DNA of 64,000 nucleotides from Octopus vulgaris (lineage: Eukaryota). The translations under genes and the position numbers were made by a program. The stretch spans positions 83,700,001-83,764,000 of the forward strand of contig OX597823.1 in NCBI GenBank assembly GCA_951406725.2, given 5' to 3'. The notes under the pieces were generated by a model. The model made no database searches and was not told where the DNA came from. It saw only the letters and a program-made list of their open reading frames with translations. Each line of letters begins with the position of its first letter. Position 1 is the first letter of the stretch. Below, one piece after another: positions 42,276 to 56,028 of this stretch.

Positions 42276-42480
42276 GAATTTACAAAAAAAAAAGTAAATA
42301 AAGAAAAAAAGACAAAAGGCGAAGACTGATGTGTAAACAACAAACAGATGTATTAGTTTAACGCTCGGGAAGTGAGAAAGTCTTTTACGTTTTGAGCCTA
42401 CGCTCTTCAACAGAAAGGAACACACAAATAAAGAGGGAGAGGAAATAGAAAAAGGTTTGGTGGCTAGCGATCTATCATAT
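42270..42480 (-). mobile_element. ~200-bp non-autonomous repeat with a variant hammerhead-like core
   Basis: Minus strand cttt-CTGTTGA-A-gagc(gtag)gctc-AAAAC-GTA-aaag (42382-42417). Family copies at ~28260-28420 (+), 42855-43010 (-), 50030-50212 (+), partial 27870-27970 and 20125-20185. Confidence 0.7.
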
Positions 42481-43023
42481 GCATACACACAAGCATGCAT
42501 ACACATACATGCATGCATACACACATGCATGCATACACATACATGCATGCATACATACATACATACATACATACATACATACATACATACATACATACAT
42601 ACATACATACATACAATAATACCTACATACATATATGTATATACTTGCACATTGACGCACACATTTACGCGCAAACAAAGAAACAAAAACTACGCATCTC
42701 TGAAAACGATTACTGAGAAGTCTGCAATATGCTGCGAAAATGTTAGTGAAAATTAATAATTAAAAGACTGGAAATCGAACCGGTGAGTGTGTTAAGTAAT
42801 AAAACACTAAAAGAGAATAACTCTCTACAGACACAATAATATATATATATTAAAACGAAGACAGGTGGTGTACAAAACAAACAGATGTATTAGTATAGCA
42901 CTCAGGAATAGAAAAAGTTTTTTACGTTTCGAGCCTACGCTCTTCTACAGAAAGGGACACAGAAAAAACAAGGAGAGAAAAAAAATGTGTGTAGTGGCTA
43001 ACGATCTATCGTTATTATTACTA

Positions 43024-43431
43024 GGCGCAGGAGTGGCTGTGTGGTAAGTAGCTTGTTTACCAACCACATGGTTCCGGATTCAGTACCACTGCGTGGCACC
43101 TTGGGCAAGTGTCTTCTACTATAGCCTCGGGCCGACCAACGCCTTGTGAGTGGATTTGGTAGACGGAAACTGAAAGAAGCCCGTCGTATATATGTATATA
43201 TATATACATGCGTGTGTGTGTTTGTGTGTCTGTGTTTGTCTCCTAGCATTGCTTGACAACCGATGCTGGTGTGTTTATGTCCCCGTTACTTAGCGGTTCG
43301 GCAAAAGAGACCGATAGTATAAGTACTGGGCTTACAAAAAGAATAAGTCCCGGGGTCGAGTTACTCGATTAAAGGCGGTGCTCCAGCATGGCCGCAGTCA
43401 AATGACTGAAACAAGTAAAAGAGTAAAAGAG
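43024..43431 (+). mobile_element. Full-length CORE-type tRNA SINE with internal microsatellite and CR1-like tail
   Basis: Head GGCGCAGGAGTGGCTGTGTGGTAAG, CORE-like ACCTTGGGCAAGTG, internal (TA)/(TG) run, tail GGCGGTGCTCCAGCATGGCCGCAGTCAAATGACTGAAAC(AAGTAAAAG)n. Other copies or fragments at ~6480-6612, 7150-7365, 11067-11270, 19672-19835, 24484-24873, 28150-28690, 29667-29815, 37381-37850, 46590-46775, 49570-49985. Confidence 0.88.
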
Positions 43432-43432
43432 A

Positions 43433-43470
<38 letters not shown>

Positions 43471-43513
43471 ATAATAACAATAACCCCTGGGTGGAATTCA
43501 TAAACATATAATG

Positions 43514-43649
43514 TATCGATACGTGCGTTTCGATAAATCACATGTCTCTTAAGTTCACAGTCCGTATTCCCAGGGTGATTACAATGTAGTCCATAGCACC
43601 CGTGGACATAGGGTTGATCATCTTCATGGCTTCATTTCTTCAGGCGATA
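43514..43649 (-). ncRNA. Degenerate hammerhead with ~105-nt stem II domain
   Basis: Minus strand tatcgc-CTGAAGA-aatgaagccatg...catgtgatttatc-GAAAC(gcac)GTA-tcgata; single mismatches at the base of stems I and II. Confidence 0.6.
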
Positions 43650-44168
43650 TAATAGTAATGGATGTTTGCCAGAGGAATGTTTGTCTCTGTTGACCAGTGC
43701 GAAGACTGATGGAGTTAAATGGGTATTTCTGTGTGTATTTGGTGGGGAAGAAGGGAAGGTAATGGAAAGAGAGGAAAGAATTGTAGTTATATTTAGTGTG
43801 GGTGGTAATGTTGGACTTATTTTCCTATTCAGTCTGTAGGTGAGACGGATGGGTAGTACATTCCTTAATAAGATCGAACACAAGAATGTACCGTTTTTCT
43901 TTAAAGGCTGGTATTTGTTCTATCGTACACTATTGTCGAACCGCTAAGTTATAATACCAACACTGGTTGTCAAGCAGTGGTGGAAGATACACACACCCAT
44001 AAACATTCGGTTTCCATCTACTAAATCCACTCACAAAGCTTTGGTTATAGTGGTACCATGCAGTGGAACCGAACCCAGAACCATGCGGTTGAGAAACAAA
44101 ATTCTTAACACACAGCCACGCCTACGCTTGTATATATATGCATATATGTATAGCCACACCTACGCTTC

Positions 44169-44215
<47 letters not shown>

Positions 44216-45083
44216 ATATATGCACACATATACATACATATACGTATGTGTGTGTGTGTATGTGTATGCCTATATGTGGGCGTTCATATATACACATACC
44301 TCTACATATGTTGCGCAGGTGTATTGTTTTTAGCCGAATCAATTGTTCTTTGATCCACGTCTATCATTTCTGATTTGTTAAACTATAAACAGTTCAAGCG
44401 TTGTATAAATAACAACAAACATTATATAAATAAACAACAACTGAAGGGTAAAGGTTATACACAAGAATACACGGATGCTCTTGTATGGACATTTTCATGT
44501 AAACGTATGCGTGTGTGTGTGTAAGTGTGTGTGTGTAAGTGTGTTTGTGTAAGTGTGTGTAAGTCTGTGTGTGTGTGGGCGATTAGATAGATATTGTTAT
44601 AGATGTATGTTTACGTAAACTAATGCATACACGCACAAACATACACACACAATATATGTATTTATATCTAACGAAGTATGTGCATATGCGAATATACGCA
44701 TATGCATACAGGTATGCATGCTTGTGTATTAATAATACATGCATATTCCAAGAAAGTTAGAGGTTGTGAATCCAACCAAGGTATAATATCTATCCAATAT
44801 ACTGCTGGTAGGATACCCAATTATTAATACACAAGTGCTTTTTATTGCATTCTAATTACATTACCGAGTGTACTAAATGGGTGAAGGTAAAGAGATATTT
44901 TACCATTAATTTATAGAGCAATATGAAAAATGGAGTGGATCAATAGGTGGTTCATCATCTTTTAGACATTATATTACGTTAACTTATTTATCTATTTACT
45001 AAGCTGACAATTACAAGAATATACGTACATGTATAATATATTATGCTTTACATATAAAATATAAAATCTCCATTTTCTTATTG

Positions 45084-45140
<57 letters not shown>

Positions 45141-45194
45141 TGAATTGAAGAAATGGAGCTGAACGCAGATTGAACATATATATATATATATATA

Positions 45195-46480
45195 TTGGGT
45201 CATCTCATAAATAATGCGGCTTTTTCAATTGCATGAACTAAAAGTCAGGAGGGGGACGGGATAAACTGCCTGTATCAACTTGCTATAAAAGCAGGTAGTA
45301 ATTTTACTTTGTCCTTGTTGTGACCGCAATTTTTGGGGAGTGCAGTTCGATTTTAACAGCTATTTTTTTCAAAACTATAATGAAAGTGGCAAAGTTGCAT
45401 ATTCGGCATATTTTGCTTTATGAGTACAATAAAGGGAATAACGCAACAGAAAGTGCGAGGAATAGTAATGCAGTATATGGGGATCGGGCAATAAGCATAA
45501 GGCAGTGTCAACGGTGGTTCCAGAAATTCAGAGCCGGAAACTACAGCCTAGAAGACGAGCCTCATCCAGGAAGACCTGTAGAACGTGACGAGAAGGTTCT
45601 GTAAACCCCGGTGGAACAAAATCCCATCGTAACTGTTGAGGAACTAGCAGAGAAGCTTGGATTTGGTCATTCAACCATTCATTCACACTTGCATGTCTTA
45701 GGAAAGGTCGGCAATTCGGGTCAATGGATTCCTCACAAACTTTCCGTGTCTAATCATGGGCAGAGACTGAATGTGTGCTCTTCTTTGCTGTCACGTCTCA
45801 GAAGTGGAATCTCTTTTGGACCGAATAGTGACTGGTGACGAGAAATGGGTTCTCTATAAGAATGTCAAGCGGCGAAGACAGTGAGTAAGGAAAGTGGAAA
45901 CACCGGTACCCCAGGCTAAAGAAGGTCTTCACCCACGTGAGCTGTTATTATCTGTTTGGTGGGATATATAAGTTTAGCCCACTTTGAACTTTTAAACACA
46001 AACCAATCGATAACAAAGATCTACTGCGACTGCTTGAGTGGCTTACGTCAGCGCTAGAAGGAAAACGACCATCTTTGGTTTCAAGTCGAAAGGTGTTTTT
46101 CCATCAGGAATAAAGCTTGGCTACACACAGCGACAATGACATTCGAAAGGGTGGAACAGTTTTAATGGGAAACGATGTCCAACCCACCATATTATCTGGA
46201 CATTGCTCCAGCTAATTATCATTTATTCCGCAGTCTTCAAAGTTATTTGGATGGAAAAAAATATGAATTGTGTAGACGAGGTCAGAACAGTATTGAAGAA
46301 ATATTTTTCCTCTCGGACAAGTGAATTTTGGAAGAAGGTACCTTGCAAATCAACCAGATAGATGGATGAGCATTGTAGAAAATGAAGGAGAGTATATTTT
46401 AGATTAAAAAAAAAGAACTATATCTTAATTTTGAAAAATATAAGTGGAAAAAAACTGCATTATTTAAGGGATGGACCCAA
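45195..46480 (+). mobile_element. Full-length decayed mariner transposon
   Basis: TIRs TTGGGTCATCTCATAAATAATGCGGCTTTTT / rc TTGGGTCCATCCCTTAAATAATGCAGTTTTT; TA target duplications. Confidence 0.95.
45380..46403 (+). pseudogene. Mariner DD34D transposase pseudogene
   Basis: MKVAKLHIRHILLYEYNKG..., WFQKFRAGNYSLEDE, WIPHKL (WVPHEL motif), IVTGDEKWVLY, PPY..DIAP..YHLFRSLQ; several stops and frameshifts. Confidence 0.92.
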
Positions 46481-46537
46481 TATGTGCGTGTGTGTGTGTA
46501 TGTATGCGCGCGTGTGTGTATGTTTGTGTATGTGTAA

Positions 46538-46584
<47 letters not shown>

Positions 46585-47234
46585 TGATATACGCATCGCT
46601 TGACGACCGGTGTTGGTTTGTTTACGTCCCCATAAATCAACTGTTCGGTAAAATATATCGATATAAGAAGTACCAGACTGACACACAAAAAAAACCTCTG
46701 TCAATTTCTCCGACTAAAATTCATCGAGGAGGTGCTCCAGTATGGCCACAATCTAATGACTAAATTAAATAAAAGACAAAATATAGCCATAAACTTCCTT
46801 ATTCACCGAACAAAAAGAAAAAGGAAAAAGAACGAACAAAGCCAATAACGAAACAAAACGGAAAAACGAAACATCTTCATTTTGAAAGAAAATATTTTCC
46901 CGAATGCTCGAAAGTTATTAGAATGTTTATTAAATTTCATGCTTTTTCGCTAAGTAACTCTGCCATTCCTCTAGACATCATCAATAATTGCATCAACGCT
47001 TTCAGTTTCTAAGTGATGTTATCGAAAGAATTCTGTTGCTTTATAAATTATCTAAATATTTACTCAACTCTATTGATAGAGCAGATATATTGCTTAGGCT
47101 CCGGGAATATTTTGCTTATTATTCCAAAGTAGTTTATTTATTTATTTATTTTTGGCGGGCGAGTGAGTGTGAAGAGAGGGTGGCGTAAGTTAATTAGCTT
47201 AGTTTCAGATGCAAATAACACTAAATCTAATCTA

Positions 47235-47314
<80 letters not shown>

Positions 47315-47410
47315 GTCCATATCCATCTATCTATCTATTTATCTGCTTCTTTAGTTCTGTCTACATGAGTATGTATGTTTATATATGAATACATACATAC
47401 ATACACATAC

Positions 47411-47475
<65 letters not shown>

Positions 47476-47590
47476 GTACGTGAAGCCGCCTTAGAGTTTA
47501 TCTATTAATGAGGGTTTTACATGCCAATATTCACTGGCTAGTTTTTATAGCTTTGTATGTACTTCGAGATATACTATTCCCGCAAAGAAT

Positions 47591-47622
<32 letters not shown>

Positions 47623-47626
47623 TATA

Positions 47627-47666
<40 letters not shown>

Positions 47667-48422
47667 ATATACATATATGTATGTATATGTATATATATAT
47701 ATATATACATATACATATGTATGTATATATATATATACATACATACATACACACACATATCTCACTTTCTATATATATATACTCATATATGTCAATATGT
47801 ATATCATACTAAAACAGCTACATAACTTAAAACCTAATTAACTGTGATAGTCGCCGGAGATAGTATCTCTTGTAGACGTGCACTCTTAAAACATACGCGC
47901 GCATACACACACACACATACACGCACACATATATTATTATGCGTTTTTCAGTTAATGTTTGACGGCATTTATAGGCAACAAAGTATAAGGCGGAGACTAA
48001 CCCCAAATTAGATACACAGATTTTCAGTAAAATAATCCTTCTTTCCTGTGCTTTTACAAACATATGCAAATATATATGTATTAGCGTATACATATGCATA
48101 TGTGCCATATGTACACGCGAGTGAAAGGCCGGGCCCTCATCTGGGATTATGTGGCCCTCGGCACGTACTAGTTTTTTTAGTCTATATGGTGTCCCAAATA
48201 ACGCTCCTCTCCAAGAATGCTTGGCGGAAATGCCAGTTTAGTCATCGGCGAGCACGAACACGCAATAGGCTGTTATACGTTCAGCGTTCTCGAGCGATAG
48301 ACTTACACACGCACACACACTCACACACACACTAATATAAACGCATACATATATGTATCTCTCTCTCTCCATCTCCCTCCCTCTTTCTCTCCCCCTCTCT
48401 CTCTCTCTATATATATATATAC

Positions 48423-48840
48423 TCTTTTACTCTCTCTCTCTTTTACTTGTTTCAGTCATTTAACTGCGGCCATGCTGGAGCACCGCCTTTAGTCGAGCAA
48501 ATGGACCCCAGGACTTATTCTTTGTAAGAATGGCACTTATTCTATCGGTCTCTTTTGCCGAACCGCTAAGTTACAGGGACGTAAACACACCAGCATCGGT
48601 TGTCAAGCGATGTTGGGGGGTCAAACACAGACACACAAACATATACACAAACACATACATATATATACATATACATACGACGGGCTTCTTTCAGTTTCCG
48701 TCTACCAAATCCACTCACAAGGCTTTGGTCGGCCCGAGGCTATAGTAGAAAACACTTGCCCAAAGTGCCACGCAGTGGGACTGAACCCGGAACCATGTGG
48801 TTGGTAAGCAAGCTACTTACCACACAGTCACTCCTGCGCC
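48423..48840 (-). mobile_element. Full-length CORE-type tRNA SINE
   Basis: Reverse-complement copy of the 43024-43431 element. Confidence 0.88.
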
Positions 48841-48982
48841 TATATATATATATATATAATATAAAATTAAAATCAAAATGAGGGTATAAAATTGGATATT
48901 AATTTGATAACATCAATTTTAACACCATTGGTCTAGCATATAAAAAAAACTGAGATTCAGTAAATAGTATTTCATACATAAC

Positions 48983-49110
48983 TATAAGAGGGAATTTTTT
49001 TAACCACTATGTGAAATTCCTTACGCTAGAAGAGAATCTTAGTGGTTAAAACCATAGCGGATCTTCTTCTAGCATAAGGGTTTCCACATAGTGGTTAAAT
49101 TAAATCCCCT

Positions 49111-49116
<6 letters not shown>
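48983..49116. repeat. Imperfect hairpin (~55-bp arms) beside (TA)n
   Basis: TATAAGAGGG..AACCACTATGTG..CCTTACGCTAGAAGA pairs with TCTTCTAGCATAAGG..CACATAGTGGTT..CCCTCTTATA. Confidence 0.85.
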
Positions 49117-49178
<62 letters not shown>

Positions 49179-49718
49179 TAAAACTGAGGGTCAAAGAGAG
49201 AGATATTTTGAAGTGATGTACTGATATTGCTTATTTAGAATAATAAGGTTGTCAGAATGGTGGATGTTTATATATATATATATATATATATATTATTTAT
49301 TTACATCTTATTAACATTTTTAGTGCTTTTCCGTTATCGGACTTATCAAACAATGACTCAAATTTAGCGTTTTTATAAGGAATTTCCGGGGTTTGTCACG
49401 CAAGGGAGAAAAAGGCAAAAAAAAAAAAATTATCGAGAAGGAGGGGGATGTAAAGAGGCGTGGCTTTTGTATGGTTAGACTTGTTTGTTTAGCACTTAGT
49501 GGCCTTTTTTGATTGGGGAGGACAAAGAAGAGAAAGGAAAAATATTTTTTTGTATTTGAGAATTACTTTTTACTCTGTCTTTTACTCTTTCACTTGTTTC
49601 AGTAATATGACTGTGGCCATGCTGGAGCACCAGCTTTTAGTCGAGCAAATCGACCGCAGGACTTATTCTTTGTAAGCCTAGTACTTATTCTATCGGTATC
49701 TTTTACCGAACCACTATT

Positions 49719-49788
<70 letters not shown>

Positions 49789-49985
49789 TTCCCCCCCAAC
49801 ATCCCTTGACAACCGATGCTGGTGTGTTTACATCCCCGTAACTTAGTTCGACAAAAGAGACCGATCGAATAAGTAATAGGCTTCTAAAGAATAAGTCCTG
49901 GGGGCGATTTTCTCGACTAAAGGCGGTGCTCCAACATTGCCGCAGTCAAATGACTGAAACAAGTAAATGAGAAAAAAGAGAAAGA

Positions 49986-50029
<44 letters not shown>

Positions 50030-50209
50030 GCCATGATAGATCGATAACCACTACACACATTTTTTTTATCTCCTTGTTTTTCTGTGTTCCTGTAGAAGAG
50101 CGTAGGCTCGGAACGTAAAAGACTTTTTCAATTCCCGAGCGTTATACTAATACATCTGTTTGTTTTCTACACCACCTGTCTTCGTCTTTTGTTTTTTTTC
50201 GTGAATTCT

Positions 50210-50281
<72 letters not shown>

Positions 50282-50777
50282 GCACGCATTATCGCTGAAA
50301 GGTTCGAATATCGAGTACTCAGTTTTACTGATTTCCAGTCATCATCTGGTAAACGGAGCCAGCTTTTCTTTTAAAATACTAACTGTCTGAATATTCAAAA
50401 GCAACTCTGAGCACTAGAAATTGGAGCTTTTCACTTATAACTTATAACTGGGGAATCAACAAAGATCTGTACACACACACACACATTCACACATACATGT
50501 GAATATATGTGTGTGTATGTATGTCTGTATGCATATATGTATGCATGTAGGTATGTATGTATAAACAGAGACCAGCGCGCACACACGCACACACACGCAT
50601 ATAATATTTGTGTATTCATATGTGCCCGTGTATGTGTGTGTAGTGGGTGCTTTCAATCAGTTTTGTGAATTAAACAAACATTTAGATCAGTTGAAATTTG
50701 TCTGGAGCATATTTGTCTAGCCATTACATTATAAGTGAAATTATGGTTTGGTTTAAATATTTGCTTTATATGTAATC

Positions 50778-51178
50778 TTTTCTACTCTAGGCACAAGGCC
50801 CGAAATTTTTGGGGAGGGGGTCAGTCGATTAGATCGACCCCAGTACGCAACTGATATTTAATTTATCGAACCCGAAAGGACGAAAGGCAAGTCGACCTCG
50901 GCGGAATTTGAACTCAGACGAAATACCGATAAGCATTTCGCCAGGCGCGCTAACGCTTCTTATTTCTTTATTGCTCACAAGGGGTTAAACATAGAGGGGA
51001 CAAACAAAGAGATTAAGTCGTTTACATCGACTCCAGTGCGTAACTGGTACTTAATTTATCGACCCCGAAAGGACGAAAAACAAAGTCGACCTCGGTGAAT
51101 GTGAACTCAGAATGTAAAGTCAGAAATACCGCTAAGCATTTTGCCCGGCGTGTTAACGTTTCTGCCATCTCACCACCT
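50778..51178 (-). mobile_element. Nin/Deu-domain tRNA SINE, dimer
   Basis: Same family; internal junction at 50962. Confidence 0.85.
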
Positions 51179-51450
51179 TACATTTACTTTATAGGTAATA
51201 ATTCTCTTCGAGTATAAAAAGGCTATTTGACTCCTAAAGAATGGTCAAATGGACCATGAAGCACATCAAGACTGTGTGTCCTTTATATTTATGTGTAATA
51301 AGCAAATGAAATCTAACCATAACCTTTTAAACATTATAGACAACTTTGAATGGATAAAAAACAATGGTTTAATTACTTCAAATTTATCTTGTTTTCTAAT
51401 GTATACAGCTTTGTGCTTAACAGGTTGGTGTGTATACTTGTGTGTGTGTA

Positions 51451-51491
<41 letters not shown>

Positions 51492-53199
51492 ACGTGTAAG
51501 CGTGCAATCAGTCTAACATGCAGAAGTGGCAATAAATCCACAAAAATCGTGACAAGTGTCCTATATTTCAGCCTGGTTTCTACTCAAGACATGTGATGAA
51601 AACTGCGAGGAAGCACGCCTGATAGACTGAATATTCTTTTCTATTCTAGGCACGAGGCCCAAAATTTTAGGGGAGGGGCCCAGTTAATTAGATAGACCCC
51701 AGTGCCTAGCCGGTACTTAACTTATCAACCCCGAAAGGATGAAAGGCAAAGTCGACCTCGGCGGAATTTTAACTCAGAGCATGAGGACAGATAAAATACC
51801 GCTAAGCGTTTTGCCCGGCGTGCTAACGTTTCTGTCAGCTCGCCGCTTTTGATAGACTGTATATTGGGAAATAATAGAGGTAATCCATATCTTAGAGGTG
51901 TCCTCTTTGTTACAAGGGTCTGTTACAAGCATATCGTAGGAGGATAACTAGATATTTTGTCCTGATGCTTTCTATTGTAGCAAATCAGGAGATGGATTTT
52001 CGTCCTTCTTTTCTTTGATCAGTCTTAGATGCTCGGCAAAATGTCCTTAAGACTGCCCTATCAGCTCTGAATAACCTTGGAAAATAACGGAGCACTAGTG
52101 GAACCAGCAACAGAAGAATTCATCCTAAAACCAAACACTTTCATGCAATACAAATAAAAACCTGACATGCTTACTTAGAATTTCAGAATTAAGAAAAATG
52201 GAGAGTGCAAAATTAAGATTTGCCAGGAATAAAATAATCTATACTCGAAGAAAATGGCGCATAATTCTAAATAAGGGGCAGGAATTTAATCCTCGACTCT
52301 GTCAATTATAATAGAAAAGACAAACTGCCGTGCGTGGAATACGATTTGATTCTATATGTATATTTTACAGCACATTTTATCTATCACCAAAATAAGATTT
52401 GCACAACGTAGAGGAGAGAATATAACACTAATATGAAAGAAAATTTGGATCTCAACAGACTAATTTCATGCAGGGGATATATTTTCAAATCTAAAAACAT
52501 CAAATAGAAATCGAACAATGGAAATAAACAATAAGCAATATATAGAATCAACGATATAAAATTTTAAAAATAAATATGCAATGGGCGTGAATACAAACAT
52601 TTAAGAATACAAACATTCAAACATTGAGAATATAAATCAAGGTGGCACTACTAGTAAGTGCAAAAACAAGCCAATAACTTCATACAACATCAAACCTTGG
52701 CACAACTACAAGATACTGACCAAAAAAGTCGAACTAGAGCCACACACCAACGAAAATATGAAGAAAAATCAATTCGGAAGATTTAATTATACGAAATTCT
52801 AGAGGTGAAGAAATTTGAATATGATAGTTATCTAAAGGTGGTCATTCTTAACCCTTTGGCACCAACCCGCCTAGTACAGCCCTTGGTCTTATGATACAAA
52901 CTTCCTGTTTAAAATTTCGTTTTAATCTATGTTCCAAATACCCAGCTTAATAACGACTAAGATATTTTAATAAATTCTTCATTAATTAAAAAAAAAGATT
53001 ATTGAAATAAAGGCATTGTGTTTCTTAGAATAATAAAAGAAAAGCGGGGAATTAAAATCGATAGAACTTCCTGTAAACCAACAAAAGTCCTTCCCAAAGA
53101 TAAAATTATCAATAAATATCATCGTAGATTTATTGGAAACAGATGCAAGTACCAATATCACTAAAGCAGGCTATCATTCTTAAAATTTCCTAGACAGGA

Positions 53200-55150
53200 A
53201 ATATAAACCCAATGAAAAAATGTGGAAAACAAAGACAATAAAAATATAGAAAATATAATAAAGATATTCCAGACTTCAATTTAATCAATAACGGCAAAAT
53301 GCAAACAGTGACGAAAAAGACAGACTGTCGAAATATTGTAAACGGGAAATGGGAAAAAGTGACGAAGCATGTAGCCGAACTGAGAGAATAACTAAACTGA
53401 AAAGAATTTGTCATGAAAATCAACAATGAAGTAATAGACAGAACAAACAGTTCGACTGCGATCCAAAATGATTTTTACCAATATCTGGTTGCAATCAAAA
53501 TGATTTTTACCAATATCTGGTTGCAATCAAAATAGAAATGAGTGTAGCGACAAGAGAACTTAGAATCGTGAGGAGGTGAATGATTGGCGAATGGATTGCC
53601 ACTGACGAAAGCAATGACGTCAGTTGATATACAACACAAGAAAGAGTTCAGATGCTACACAAAATGAAAAACTGGGAAGCACCAAAAAGTTCCGCCTCTG
53701 ATTGAGATATTTTAACAGGTAGATTCAAAGACATGGCTTACATATTCAAATATCTACAGAAAGTCAGAAATTTCCATTGAATGGATCTCCCAACAGGGAA
53801 AAAAAACATGTTCATCACATGTGGGTTTCTTTAAAATTAAACTGGATCTCTTCTTGTTAGGGGTTCCAGATGAATCTACCTCTCGGCAGGAAACACAAAC
53901 GCGGGCAGCGGCGTCGAACTCCCTTGTTGATCAAGTGCCACGTATCAGAGGTGGTTTCACATACTAGTGTAGCTCATTCAATGGTGGTGCCCCATAATAT
54001 ATGAGGCTTTAACTGTAAGTAATATCGCATAATAATCTTAAAATCATCTCAAGAATAGCTAATATCGTTCCAAAGATAAAATTTTAATGAATATAAAAGA
54101 ATAAAACCAAAAGTTGGAAATGATGAAAGGATAACCAGCACATGGCAGAGATGGTTGCAAGAAAGATTTTCACATTGTTTACTAGTTCCGGATTCTGGAA
54201 GCATTAGCCATGTGCATTTAGTATAAATAGCATAAAAGTACATAAAGCGGGTCATGGGTCGATGGTTTCAAATTTTGGCACAAGGCCAACAATTTTAAGA
54301 GAAGAAGGCCAGTTGATTACATCGATCCTAGTACTTGACTTTAGTACTTTAAAGGGAAAGTTCATTTCTCCGGGATTTGTACTCAGAACGCAAATAGCCG
54401 GAAGAAACGCAGCAATGCATTTTGTTCGGCACGCAAACAATTTTATTTGCTTGTGGCCTTGTGTCATCAATAAATGACAAAAAATTTTATAGACGCAAAA
54501 AAAGGGAGTATTACGAAAGCTCAAATGAATATTTAGAGGGGTTCCTTTCTACAACATGCTAAACCAGATAGGGTCCATATGCAAATACCACGGGAAGACA
54601 ACCGTTTTCTCTATATAGGTGATTTCAAGTTCAATGCTACATTATACCACCAACTGGAAATAATTTTCTACTATAGGCACAAAGCCTGAAATTACATCGA
54701 TTCCAGTGCTCAGCTGGTACTTAATTCAACGACCCCGAAAGGATGAAAGGCAAAGTCAACCTCGATGGAATTTGAACTCAGAGCGTAACGGCAGACGAAA
54801 TAGCTATTTCTTTACTACCCACAAGGGGCTAAACACAGAGAGGACAAACAAGGACAGACATACGGATTAAGTCGATTATATCGACCTCAGTGCGTAACTG
54901 GTACTTATATAATCGACCGCGAATGGATGAAAGGCAAAGTCGACCACGGCGGAATTTGAACTCAGAACGTAACGGCAGACGAAATATCGCTAAGCAATCC
55001 GTCCAGCGTGCTAAAGCCAGTTGCAAGTAATGTTTAATGCGGTATTATATTCAGATTCAATGGGAAAACAAAACAATACACAGACATGATGTGTAGTTTC
55101 AGAAAAATGCACCCCGCCGAACGGGAAATGACGGAAATTAAGAACACTAA
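53200..55150 (+). pseudogene. Very decayed non-LTR retrotransposon RT relic (R4/Dong-like?), interrupted by younger inserts
   Basis: Only scattered motifs: KMKNWEAP (~KNWKAPG) near 53660 and FLYIGDFK (~LYMDDLK) near 54606. Confidence 0.3.
53820..54000 (+). mobile_element. 5'-truncated old CR1-type LINE 3' end
   Basis: Translates FKIKLDLFLLGVPDESTSRQETQTRAAASNSL, homologous to the C-terminus of the LINE at 56330-56596; ends near ATGGTGGTGCCCCA. Confidence 0.8.
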
Positions 55151-55171
55151 CGTCATGTTAGATAAGATAAA

Positions 55172-55412
55172 AAGGCGCGTAGCTTAGTGATTAGGGTATC
55201 GGCTCAAGATCTTTATGGTCGTGAGATGGATTCCGGTGGTGCAAGGTGGCCAGCCTTGTTGCATTCCGTGTTACGTTGAATCTCCCTGAGAACTACGTTA
55301 AGGGTACGCGTGTTTGTGCACTTCTCAGCCATTTGCACGTTAATTTCGCATGCAGGCTGTTCCGTTGATTGGATCAACTGGGACCCCCGTCGCTATAACC
55401 GAAGGAGAGCCT
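55172..55412 (+). mobile_element. tRNA-derived SINE, further family
   Basis: A-box-like GGCGCGTAGCTTAGTGATTAG head; AGATAAGAT on both flanks as a possible TSD. Confidence 0.55.
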
Positions 55413-55718
55413 AAAGATAAGATTAATGCCACAGATAAGAGAATTAGACCAAGCATAGAAAGACAAATAAATACATAAACGTTAATGAACTTGACACAAT
55501 ACAATACGCACATACAAAGGAAGACCAGCGTGGAAAGAAATATGGTAGACGCGTTAAATTAATACGTCTATCTACGTCTACCAAGAGGTTTTGGTTAAAA
55601 AATAGCAAAACGCATGTGAAAATAGGTTTCGTTCCGAGATCCCAAGGTGTTCTGAGTATTGAGAATAATTCTAAACTCCTCACCAGTAACTGACACGTAT
55701 GCAGATATGAATACATAC

Positions 55719-55743
55719 ATACATGCATATATATATACGTATA

Positions 55744-55789
<46 letters not shown>

Positions 55790-55875
55790 GTATATATATA
55801 TATATTTATATATATATACATATATATATATACATATATATATATATACATATATACATATATATATATACATAC

Positions 55876-55906
<31 letters not shown>

Positions 55907-55974
55907 CATACATATATATATATACATATATATATATACATACATATATATATAATATATACATACATATATAT

Positions 55975-56025
<51 letters not shown>
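55719..56025. repeat. Long compound (TA)n/(TACA)n microsatellite (representative of dozens in the window)
   Basis: Direct reading. Other large tracts at 1-112, 1348-1620, 1850-2275, 11302-11500, 23850-23980, 24310-24482, 47590-47760, 63600-64000. Confidence 0.97.

Positions 56026-56028
<3 letters not shown>

Noticed and set aside
53464-53533. 32-bp tandem duplication
   Set aside because: Simple local slippage within a decayed element; no further structure.
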